The position numbers and the translations under genes are program-made. A stretch of 64,000 nt of DNA from positions 19,848,125-19,912,124 of the forward strand of contig CAVNZM010000001.1 of NCBI GenBank assembly GCA_963693365.1, given 5' to 3'. Below the pieces are notes generated by a model. The model did not search any database. It was not told the DNA's origin and saw only the letters and a program-made list of their open reading frames with translations. Positions 28,400-39,062 of the stretch are shown here, piece by piece. The first letter of the stretch is position 1. Each line of letters opens with the position of its first letter. The stretch is from Amoebidium appalachense (taxonomy: Eukaryota; Protista; Ichthyosporea).

Positions 28400-29163
28400 A
28401 TCATGACATTCAAATCACGGCCGTTGAATCTTCACTAAAGCACTGAACAGCCTTGGTCGGGGGGGGGGGGGGAAAGCGTGCCCGGGGGGGGGGGGGGGGG
28501 AGGGGAAGGGGGGGGGAGGGGGGAGCAATAACAGAATTGGCTTTTTCCTTTTCACAGATCCTTCATTGTAACCAAACCCGGTATCTACTTCAAGGTTTTC
28601 CAGGACGATCGCAGCATTCCTCGTCCTGTTCTTTACCGCGACTTTTTCAAGTTCTTCTATGCCTCAGTGTGTAGCAGCGCGCTACACGCACACCTGGTGG
28701 GTAGGTGGGTGGGTGCTACTGGGTGGGCGGATGGGTTGGTAGTGTTGGTGGTGGTTGTTTGGAAGGTGGTGGTGGTGGTGGTTGTTTGGGGGGGGGGGCG
28801 TTGGGGGGGGGGGGGGGGGGGAAGAGGGGCACCATACCTTTCGTTTATTTCTGCTATCTCATCTCCAAGTCGCAGTCCCGCCTTGTGGGCAGGAGCTGTC
28901 CTCCTCACCGCAGCAACCACAACGTGTTTCCCTCCCACGATGGTCAGTGCAAACCCGATCACCTTTCCCTTAATGGTGGATATGTCGAACGATAAGTGCA
29001 CCGTTGGGGCAGTTTGGTTCACGTGAGAGTGCGGAAGGGTGCAGCAGAATTCATGCTCCTGAAAGTAGAACGTGGCGCCCGTGTTGGTGCTGGAATGTGG
29101 TACGGTTGCAGAATGTGCTTTCATTGGCAGCATGGCTGGGCGAGTGCCTATAACTTGTTCCAT
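27474..29163 (-). CDS. Syntenin-like tandem PDZ protein, 3 exons, 257 aa
   Basis: Exons 29163-28838, 28021-27780, 27679-27474 (774 nt, GT-AG, phases match). PDZ1: GKVIGFALTIVGGKHVVVAAVRRTAPAHKAGLRLGDEIAEINERPVAGMELRDIYSLL..VTLCVHKQPFSRTLNL (cf. syntenin RDRPFERTITM). PDZ2-like: TDFVVLCVSGKSVLGRIDEEILDCL..IVIKIMH. The start is the first ATG, in context CAAAATG; an upstream exon is not excluded. Confidence 0.72.
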
Positions 29164-30545
29164 TTTGCAGTTTTGTTTATGTGCTGAGCCCACACGATTG
29201 GGTGAGAAAATAGGGGATATGCTGCTCAGTCAAGTTAAACATACGAGTATAATTCTCGTGCCTTCTGCCAGCTCAAGCCAATTGCAAGCTCAAATGCGTG
29301 TATCGTTGCCTATATGCACCGGGTACGAGTACAGGCACCTATATAATCGCGTGCACACCAATGTCACTCGTGCAAGTTGCTGACTACTAAACTCTATGAA
29401 CTAACTCTGACACTCAGTCGCTCTAGAAACCGAAATACTATGGAAAGACTTACACGACACCACAAGTTGTTGTAAAAGTGAAAAATGTGCTTCTGCTCTT
29501 CGTGCCATCATCTGTGTGTATGAATCCCATGGCACGGCCCCTGCACCTGAGCAGCCGAGGGCTCATGTTGTCATCATGATTCGAACCTGAATAATACACT
29601 GTCGCATGACCTTAGGAAAAAAGTCTACCTATCTAACAGCATATCTAAAATGCCTAAGGTACAAGGTCAAAAGGGAATAGTCTTATCTAGTATTTTATAT
29701 CTAGGAAAATAAATGAATACGATTGCAATCAGGATGCCGCCTTGGTAGAGCCATGAATTTGCAGTGAAACTACGAATATATCTACTGGAATATCTGGTAG
29801 TGCCTCAGAAACTTGTCCTGAGAGTTTCTAAGCGGGCGCCCCGGCGCCGCTCATAGTTCAGCGATCCGATGCAGCGACGCCAAAGGGCATCGAAAGGTGT
29901 TTGAGTAAACTGGATACAGGCAGAATAAATATCATTTCAGTAGAAGTGTATTGTAGTTTATTTGCCAGAAGAACTTTAGGACCACCGAGAGGGCTCGAAC
30001 GCGATCGCAGTGGTTCGTTCTGATACGAGTTTGTTTCGACTGAAACTTTCGGGTAATCTAAATAATGTTATATCTGGTTTATGCAAATTAAAAACATGAT
30101 GGAATAGCTATTTCCGGCTGTTGAGGCCAGAGGCATGTGACGTTGCAAGTTATCTATTGGATTCTGAGATGGCCAATCACGTTTTACCTCACACTCACAG
30201 TCACAGTGCACTGAACATTACAACTGAGCACCGTACCGGCGTACAACAGGAGGACAGGTGGCTGTGTACAATGTACATTGTGCGCAACACGTGTATACGG
30301 TGCACTGTACTAGCAATTGCACGGCGCGAGAGCCATTAGGAGCTAAGAGACGAGGTACATGTGTGTAGAATGTTAAGGTTGAGCGGGCTGAGATAGAAGT
30401 TTTTTTTTTCAAATTCCGAAGCTCAGCTGCCCAGCCTCCACCCCGCAGGCTCCTGTCGGCCAGAAGTTCTTTCCGAGGAACCCCAAAGATTTCACTATTA
30501 TGTTTTTTCGGCCTGAATGGGCCTACTAATAATGTAATAAATATG

Positions 30546-30617
<72 letters not shown>

Positions 30618-30801
30618 GTGTGTGTGTGTGTGCGTGTGCGTGTGTGCGTGTGTGCGTGTGCCACGTGTGTGTGTCTGTGTGCGTGTGCCACGTGTGTGTG
30701 TGTGTGTGTGTGTGTGTGAGTGTGTATGTGTGTGTGTGTACGCGTGTGTGTGTGTGTGTGTGTGACGTCGACACTGTGTGCTTACGTGTGTGTCATAGTC
30801 T

Positions 30802-31281
30802 TGTAAACAGTTGGACTATTTAGGATAAGGCAGAGTACAACTGAATCAAAATAAAGACAGAGAACGGGTAGAAAGGCACACGCGGCCAGGTTGCTTTTAC
30901 TATGGGCCGACTCAGTCTGTCTCAGACTTCACTGATGTGATCCCCGTACTGGGACGGCTTTCTTATATAGCCCCCAGGTTTCGGATCAAGGCCCAGGATT
31001 GGTTCATCCGCGGCCAGCGCGGGTGGCAACATGCCATTCGTGATTCTGGTGCGGTCCGAGCCAGTCAGACCTTTGTCCTATTTATGCAAACCTCTTATTG
31101 GTTCACTTCGTTTATGTGGTATGCAGCGGAAGAACCATATATGGTTCAATTCTTAGGTCAGAGTGAGTCCTATTGGTGCGGACATAATATTTATGTGATA
31201 TTCATTACAAAGCACGAATCGTGTGCTAGTAGATCACATTCTTTAGTAAACATGTACAGTTCATGTGTACAGTTGTTTACA
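30802..31281 (-). repeat. 3' LTR, 480 bp
   Basis: Direct repeat of 33959-34438 with no mismatch found by eye. TG...CA ends; GCTATATAAG (TATA) and several CCAAT motifs on the minus strand. Confidence 0.95.
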
Positions 31282-31292
31282 CTCCCCCCCTT
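31282..31292 (-). other. Polypurine tract AAGGGGGGGAG
   Basis: All-purine run on the minus strand directly abutting the 3' LTR. Confidence 0.85.
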
Positions 31293-31654
31293 GTCGGGAG
31301 CCTGGTGGTGTCGTTAGACAAGCAAACCACCAGGCTGAGAGGCGATAAACAACCTTCAGCGAGAATTCTTGTGCGCCGACCTGCTGGGCAGAACAGAGCA
31401 AGGACGGTTGAATAGAGTTGTGCACGTCTATGAGCACTTCTTCATTTGCCAAAACGTAAATTCATGCAGCATTCTTCTGTGATTTCATTTTCGTGGCGAA
31501 GATTGTTGCAGAGTGTGTGCGAATTGTTCGCTTCGTCTCTGTGCTTGGCTTTTCTGTAGAAGTAGTATTTTTCTTTTGGGAATTTTTCCTTTTTAGGATA
31601 CTCCCGCAGATTCGTTTTCAATTGCGAGTAATTTGGTTGTGTGGATGAATGATC

Positions 31655-31965
31655 ATACCAAACATTCGATAATGAATATAACTCAAGGCTTAGGTCACTT
31701 CGTAGCTCAGGTAGTGGTGGATAGCTTCAAGGCTTAGCCGCTGCTCCTTATCCCGGTTCTACCTTAAGACTGTAAGGCGAGTCGCCATGGCCAGAAAAGC
31801 CACTTCTTTCATGAACAAATAGCACTTCTTTCCTTTCAGCTTTAACCCTGCATCATCGGAGCTGGGAAAAACATGAATAAAAATGCCCCAAGTGTTCTTC
31901 GTTGGGCGACATAAAGAAATATATCAGCCCGTCAGAATTCGAACCAGTAAAAACCCGGTTCATAA
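31655..31965 (-). pseudogene. Decayed Ty3/Gypsy reverse transcriptase remnant
   Basis: Read across frameshifts and stops: MNRVFTG..LIYFFMSPNEEHLGHFYSCFSQLR / DAGLKLKGKKCYLFMKEVAFL(G)H / ..ELRSDLSL / HYRMF. This matches the Gypsy RT consensus MN.VL...YLDD....EEH..HL..V..RL..AGLKL..KC.F...V.FLGH...ELRSFLG...YYR.F. The catalytic YxDD is missing. Confidence 0.8.
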
Positions 31966-32528
31966 TTCATAAGAAGAGGGTAGGCAAAGCAAACCTTCTT
32001 CAGAAAACACATGCTTCCATTCGTGAGCAGTTTTCGTATCCCATTTGCCAGCCATTTTTCGTTGAGCAGGGGGATTCCAGGCATAATACATTCTTCTGGA
32101 GGCTTGGCCTAAAAAGAAAAGTCGTCAGAGTCGCCCTTTCTTTTGTAAGCAACTTCGTGAGCGCGCTTCGTGTTTTCATATCCTCCAGTGCAGGTCTGGA
32201 TGGTGCCCCATCCTCTGCTTCATTTGTAGGTGGCCCTACTGTTGGTTCTGTTCGTTGTGTGGAAAACCAAAACCATTCGTGTTCGTGGAACTGCTTTGTG
32301 CTGTGCTTTCTTTCGTGTTGGTGTTCATGAAGTTACCCCGTTCACACACCCTACTTCTTACATACATTAGATGTAAGTAGCTGCCTGGTGAGTGTGTGGT
32401 TCGTGTTCGTGGCATTCTTCTGTTCCTTCGTGAGAAGAATATTCGTTTTAGCAGAGGTGCCCAATAAGGCAGCTTGTGGGGTTGTCTCCCGCATGTGCCC
32501 ATTGGTGGGGTATGCACGTGCTAAATTG

Positions 32529-32843
32529 TTACAGTGTCATCATATTGCAAGGGAATAACATGGTCACCTCCGTACCAGGGCCTAGGTACACATGATGGTC
32601 CGATGTGTTAGTCAACAACACCTTGCATTCGTATTCGTATTCGTCTTCCACGTCACTTTCTTCAGTAGTGAAGGAGGGTATTCGTAATTCGAAACTGAAA
32701 GGCTTCCAGCCAAAATACTGACACTGTATGCTGGGGTTGTGAGGGAACGGTGCCCATACCACATTCTTTTGTTCTGGTGGGGGTGTGCCGGCAGCTAGTG
32801 CAAGGCTTGACAGTGTAATTGGTATGTTACACAGTATTGCCAC
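32529..32843 (-). pseudogene. Probable pol remnant (protease-RT spacer, dUTPase-like beta segment)
   Basis: 104-codon open frame with a non-ATG start, containing CKVLLTNTSDHHVYLGPGTEV. It lies 5' of the RT remnant, where Gypsy elements carry a V...N.S...V.L..G motif. Confidence 0.4.
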
Positions 32844-33769
32844 AGACGGGCATTCACCTTAAAATTCGTACCCAACACCTTCTTTGTTTTTCACATGCAT
32901 GAACAAAAGTTCTGCATCGACTTTATTACATGCCTTTTGTGCACCAAGAGTGCAAATTCGTTAGGGCGTGGCACCAGGAAGGGCCGCCATACATGAGGCA
33001 TATGTTCGTAATGTGTTTAGGCATGCCAGCATACATTCATGCGCATGTTGTGCATCCTGTGCGCTAAACTATGGGGCATGCTGTATTCGAAAACAGCAAG
33101 AAATTCGAAGCATGCATGCAAAACTACTTTCACAGCACCTTATGTCCTCAATGCTATAGGAACAGCGACTATCTTCTTCTTTAAATGCATTCGTGCTGAA
33201 AGTGGCCGTGCATCTGGCTTGCGAGTGTGGAGGTGCATGCGGTGGCATGGACACGATGACAGTGTGCAATAGCGCAATGCACGCAAGGGCAACGGTTTTC
33301 TTTTCTTCGTAACATAGAGGGGGCTGTGTGCATTGCAACCCAAGCAGTGTTGTGCATTCGTTCTTTCATTTTCGTATTTCCATTTCATTTTGCTTCCGTT
33401 TTTCGTTTTTTGTCGTTTGATAACTTCGTTACTTTGTTTTGTTTTGTGTTGCATTCATTTTGTATTTCCTCTATGCATTCGCTTGTCGTGAATTCTTTAT
33501 TTCATTGTGTATTCGTGATGGTTCGTTTTTCGTTGGTTCATTGCTTCGTTAGCAATTCTTTATTCGTTTGTTCGTGTATTCGTTGTTTCGTTGTGTATTC
33601 GTTTTTCTTCACATTTTTGATGTGTCGTAGCAAAAGAAGTTTTACATGCTTTCAATTCTTTCCGTGTAGGTCGGCTGGCCACTTCAAACTTGTCGGTGTA
33701 TATATTCTAAGCCGGACAAGGAAAGATGTGCCTATCATCGTGGTAAAAAGGATTTGTGATCGGCCATGG

Positions 33770-33854
33770 GAGATTCTTGAGCTGATTGAAAGATGTGAGA
33801 TTCTTGAACTGATTGAAAGATGTGAGATTCGAAGGATGCGAGATTCTTGAACTG
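33770..33854. repeat. 27-bp tandem repeat in the element leader (2 full + 2 partial copies)
   Basis: GAGATTCTTGA(G/A)CTGATTGAAAGATGT at 33770 and 33797; partial copies at 33824 and 33840. Confidence 0.85.
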
Positions 33855-33971
33855 CGCGGTCGCCAATGTAAACAGTTGGCAATGTAAAACAGTGTCCTGC
33901 CGCGGTCGCCAATGTAAACAGTTGGCAATGTAAAACAGTGTCCTGCCGCGGTCGCCAATGTAAACAGTTGG
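33855..33971. repeat. 46-bp tandem repeat (about 2.5 copies) containing PBS + LTR terminus
   Basis: CGCGGTCGCCAATGTAAACAGTTGGCAATGTAAAACAGTGTCCTGC at 33855 and 33901; a third partial copy at 33947 runs into the LTR. Confidence 0.92.
33940..33957 (-). other. Primer-binding site, tRNA-Arg(UCG)-type
   Basis: Minus strand reads TGGCGACCGCGGCAGGAC, 1 nt after the 5' LTR. It is complementary to a tRNA 3' end GTCCTGCCGCGGTCG-CCA, which I recall as the end of animal tRNA-Arg-TCG (identity from memory). Confidence 0.8.
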
Positions 33972-34438
33972 ACTATTTAGGATAAGGCAGAGTACAACTG
34001 AATCAAAATAAAGACAGAGAACGGGTAGAAAGGCACACGCGGCCAGGTTGCTTTTACTATGGGCCGACTCAGTCTGTCTCAGACTTCACTGATGTGATCC
34101 CCGTACTGGGACGGCTTTCTTATATAGCCCCCAGGTTTCGGATCAAGGCCCAGGATTGGTTCATCCGCGGCCAGCGCGGGTGGCAACATGCCATTCGTGA
34201 TTCTGGTGCGGTCCGAGCCAGTCAGACCTTTGTCCTATTTATGCAAACCTCTTATTGGTTCACTTCGTTTATGTGGTATGCAGCGGAAGAACCATATATG
34301 GTTCAATTCTTAGGTCAGAGTGAGTCCTATTGGTGCGGACATAATATTTATGTGATATTCATTACAAAGCACGAATCGTGTGCTAGTAGATCACATTCTT
34401 TAGTAAACATGTACAGTTCATGTGTACAGTTGTTTACA
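33959..34438 (-). repeat. 5' LTR, 480 bp
   Basis: Direct repeat of 30802-31281; followed on the minus strand by the PBS. Confidence 0.95.
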
Positions 34439-34561
34439 AGTCTGTGAGTGTGTGTGTGTGTGCGTGTGTGTGTGTGTGGCGTGTGTGTGTGTGGTGTGTG
34501 TGTGTATGTAGGTGGGTGCACGTGGGTGTACTTGTGTGTGTGTGTCGGGTGTGTGTGTGGT

Positions 34562-34631
<70 letters not shown>

Positions 34632-35036
34632 CGTGACAGTGACAGACTGTGTGTGTGTGTGTATGTGTGTCAATTGCAAGTTGAAGCGACACCGTGACTG
34701 CTCTTGCTGATGCAAACGTGGTGTAGTAGAAAAAACACCCGTTGTTTTCTGAAGCCTTAACAAAGTCTAGTAAAAGTGCATGCAGGCATAGCTAGCTATG
34801 AAATGGCAACTTGCAGCTGCCCCCCCCCCCTCCCCCCCCTTTCATTTGAGGCTCCCCCCCTCCCCCCCCCCCCAAATTGTTGTGTCAGATCCAACAACTC
34901 TTGCGTGCTTAGGAAATGTTCAATTGGAAACTGCTGGCCGGGGGTGTCGTGGTGGTATGGAGGCGGGGGCCCGAAGGAAGACAGTGTGTGTGTGTGTGTG
35001 TGTGGTGGTGGTGGTGGTGGTCGGTGGTGTGTGTCT

Positions 35037-35068
<32 letters not shown>

Positions 35069-37513
35069 CTACTTTGCAATGATTGCATAAAAACAGGTTT
35101 GGGAATTATGTCGAAATTACAGATGCATGCAGTCCTTGGTGCTTTGTTTGTATTCATTAAAAGAACTATTTGTAAGTATTGTTACATCAGAAGAATCTAT
35201 ACAATACATGCCGTTGTATTCTAGTTTGTCAACAGCAAAAGAGTGACTACAAACCTTACAGACAGTCCCTCTTTACCAAGATAGTATCTTGGGGACAAAG
35301 CCGCAGTTGGGAAGGCCCTGGGGCGGGGGGAGGCGTACGGGGAGTGTGGGGGGGGTATGGGGGGTGGGGGAGGTAAGGGGGAGTTCGATAAAAGGGGTGT
35401 GGGAGGAGAACTTGACAAAAGGGGGGGGGGGGGGGGAGAAGAGAAGAGAGAGAGAGAGGGCGGGGGGGGGGGGGGGGGGGATTTCGATTGGGGGGGGGAG
35501 GGGGAGGGGGGAGGGAGGCGAACCCAAGGCCTCTGCAGCCATCAAGCCACTATTGCAGGCATTATCCAGTAGGGGGATCCCAGGGCAGAGCATAGGCCCC
35601 ACACACATAGAGTCCCCCCTCCCCCCCCTTCCCCCTGAAATCTGGAAAGTTCGAGTGGGCCCTGTGGCTGGGGAGGGTCACTGTCAGGCAGTCAAACGTG
35701 GTTGTTGACTGTGTGTGTGTGTGTGTAGTACGTATGTGGGTTCGCACCCGAGTCTGTGTATGCCCGTGTGTGTGTTTGCTCACAGCTACGTTTATGTGGT
35801 TGCATGCAAAGCGTGTGTGTTATTTCGTGTGTACATGTGGTTGTGTGTACGCGTTCCATGTTTGCGTCAGTGTGTGTGTATGTTTGGGGTGAGGGGAGGG
35901 TGGGGGGGGGGGGGGGAGGAAATGGGGGGGGGGAGCGGAGGGGGTGTGATGGGGATTATTCGAGCAGCGGATAGCACCAGATGTTACACGTAGGGCCCCC
36001 TTTCGTAAAAACGGTTTTTTTTCAGTTTCCTTATATGGGCAAACCGGATCGAACCGGATTCGATTTGGACCGTAGCACATTCAAGACACGCCCGGTGTGT
36101 TAGGAATTGTTGTGTGCTTGTGTTGGACCCCCGGAGGGGGGGGGGTAAGGGCGGGGGGGGGGGGGGGGGGGGGGGGGGGCAGGGTTGCTCATCTGTTTGC
36201 ATGTCGTATCCTGTGCTCCAAGCCGTCCTCGTCCCCCCCCCCCCCCCCCCCCCCTCGCCCAGTCCCCCCTTGCAAACGTCGTTGCGAAATATGGTAGTAC
36301 CGCTAAAACGAGGAGAGAGAGAGAGCGAGAGAGAGAGAGATAGAGCGAGAGAGCCGGGGGGGAGAGAGAGAGAGGGGGGGGGGGGGGGGGGGGGGGAGAG
36401 GGGGAAAGAGAGAAAGGGGGGGGGGGGGGGAGGGGCGGGGGGAGGGAGGAAGAGGAGGAGAGTCTCGAAGAGAAGTTAAAGTAAACAAGTGAGAGAGAGA
36501 ACTTCGAGGGGGGGGGTGGGGGTGGGGGAGAGCTGGGAGGAAGAGAGAGCGATAGCCTTGGAAAAAGGGAGGGGCGGAGAGAGGAGGGGGAAGGAGGGGG
36601 AGGAAGACAGAAGACAGACAGAGAGAGAGAAAGAGTGGGAGAGAGCGATTCAAGAGAGAGGAGGAGGGGTTTCTAAGAAGACAAGTGTGTGGACCCCCAT
36701 CATATGACACATAAAACCATCACGCTCCTAAAAATTGTTACAGCCGTGACCCCTTACACACAGACAGCCACCACTTCCCTCCCCAGGAACTTCAAGTCTT
36801 ATCATAAGCCTTTCCAATCTCCTCCCCTCCCCCCCTCCCCCCTCCCCCCTCTTCCTGGGGCTGTCCCCCCGCCTGCCGCCTGCCCGCTTGGCCCATTCCC
36901 AAGCATTGGGTTAGCTCCACCATATTCTATTTTCATGCTCTATCATCCGCATGTTCAACCCTAAGTCTACCGTGATTCGTTAGCATACCACGCCAGGCAT
37001 GCACACGTACATGCCCAGCAGCCATCCAAGTCACATTATATCGTGAATAATATGTCGTTTTTTGGCTGATGGTATGCACGAGCTTCTTCTATCTTTAAAG
37101 AAAAAAAAAAACAGTCGAAGGAATCAAAAGGGCAGGTCGAGATTAGGCTGAATTTTTCTCTTTCTCTCCCCGGGGGGGGGGGGGGGGGGGGGGGGGGGTT
37201 CAATGACTAATTGAGTCCTCTTTCTAACCCCCACCCCCTCCCAAAGAAAAGTAAACAAAACTTTAAAAAAAAAAAGGAAAAAGAAAAAAATAAACAAGCA
37301 GTTTGTCTCGGCCCACCCGGGGCAACAAATGGCTATCATCCGGGTAGGCGCTGATGATCAGATAGGCTCATTGAGCTTCTACTAATGATAGGCCATTGTG
37401 TGTGTGTGTGTGTTGGGGGGGGGGGGGGGGGGGGGGGGGGGGTATTTGTGTGTGGGTATGTGTGTGTGGGTACGGTGGATTCGTGGGTGGGTATGGGGCC
37501 GTTTTTTTTTTTT

Positions 37514-37584
<71 letters not shown>

Positions 37585-39062
37585 CTCCCCTGTGTGGCCA
37601 TGGAGCACATCCCAGCCTGTGCTTTGACACATGATGACCGGGCGCCTCCAAGGCTTAGTTAAATTTAACTCATTTTTATTTTATTGGTTTAGTAGGCTCG
37701 GCTTCAAGCCCATTGCGCGACAACCACCCCGAAGTCTACAGATCATGTGTACAAAATATGATCGCCGCGGTGCAACTCCTACACTCTGCAATCACGACCC
37801 TGGTACCGCCATAGCACAGTACTAACCCAGGGGAAAAAAAAAAAAAAAAAAAAAAAAAATATTAACTCAGGTGGGCCGCAGTCTCCAACAACAGTGCCCC
37901 GGGACTCGGGGACTCGGGGAGGAGAGAGGGGGGGGGGGGAGGGATCCCCCGGGAGTGGCCCAGGGGAGGAACGGAGGGGGAGCCATATGATCGAAGGAGT
38001 GCACGTGACGAAGTCAGCTTGGGGCTCGCCGAGCAAGCCCCACACGCACGCTCCGACTCGGTGCACGTGGCACACATGCATAGCGTTCCGTGGCCGCCAA
38101 TGGTCTGCCACCCCTGGGCAAAGCACAGACCTTTAAGGCTGAGAGTATATCTGCAGGTCTTCTGAGTTCATATACACCGGGCACTTGCGGCCGGGGGGGA
38201 GGTGGGGAGGCCGGGGGGGGGGGGGGGGGGGGGGGAAGAAGGGGAGGGGAGGAGGGGAGCGGGGGGATTGGCGGCATGTGGACATACCGTCATCATGAAG
38301 GGTGGCAATGTGCACGTGGCCACTTACCCAGCGGCAAAACTAACCAATCAGTGGTGGTGGTATTTGTGAAGGAATGTTGGGCTGTGTGGTCTCAGTGGGA
38401 GGGGGGGAAAGTCACCTAGGGGATATTAATAATTATGTAGTATGTGTGAATATTGGGGGAGGGTATGGCTTGGAGGAGGCTATCGTAGCGTCACGTACTA
38501 ATATTAGGCAACTTGATATGAAATCATAGACCCCACCATTTTTCCGGGGGGGGGGGGGGGGGGGGGGGGGTTGAACGTGACTGCATGGCCAAGTTAAGCG
38601 TTGATGCATGTTTATAGTTATCAAAAATCGTAGTATCAAATGTTAACTCTCAGTTGCAGTAATTCTCAGCTGCAAACGTACACGGGCATACTGTGTCCCT
38701 GCAAGGCTTTAAAGGTGTAAAACCACTTGCTTTAATCAATTAAACAGCCTAAACTAATCAGAATCACACTTCAGCCTAAAATCCCCCACACCCCGAGCCG
38801 CAACCTTAAACCCAAGTGCCTTGAAGTACTCCCCAATAGTGGGTATTAATAACATCATCAATGCATCCGGGCCCACTGAAGAAAAGATTCCATGGCAAAA
38901 CTAAATATCCCCTCAGTTAACAGAATAAAGTGTGCATTGAACATTTATTGTCGATAAGGCACCATTCGCCACTACAGCACTACTATAACCGGATCCCCTA
39001 CCGGCATGCCTAGCCCTAGTTACTAGTAGACTCCACCTGGTCTCTCTCGATGTAGTCATGCT

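Larger units (their letters stand above)
30802..34438 (-). mobile_element. Non-autonomous Ty3/Gypsy-derived LTR retroelement, 3637 bp
   Basis: Two 480-bp LTRs (30802-31281, 33959-34438) with TGTAAACA...TGTTTACA termini. 5-bp TSD AGTCT at 30797-30801 and 34439-34443. PBS and PPT orient it on the minus strand. The interior carries a decayed RT and no long ORF. Confidence 0.95.

Noticed and set aside
28520-28693. Alternative PDZ1 continuation (..LLHTEA*/IEELEKV..) suggesting stop readthrough or a variant genetic code
   Set aside because: Exon 28021-27780 completes the PDZ cleanly, and other genes here end in TAA/TAG under the standard code.
30937-31317. Duplicated 117-126 aa ORF (also 34094-34447) as a gene pair
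   Set aside because: It lies within the LTRs, antisense to the element, has a non-ATG start and no recognisable motif.
33770-33971. CRISPR-like array
   Set aside because: The repeats are head-to-tail with no unique spacers, no cas genes are present, and they are explained as PBS/LTR-end duplication.
37860-38340. Calponin-homology-like reading FCRWVSGHVHIATLHDD-DILSALK from minus-strand micro-exons
   Set aside because: It needs weak acceptors and could not be extended into a full domain; kept only as a hint in the strand-bias finding.
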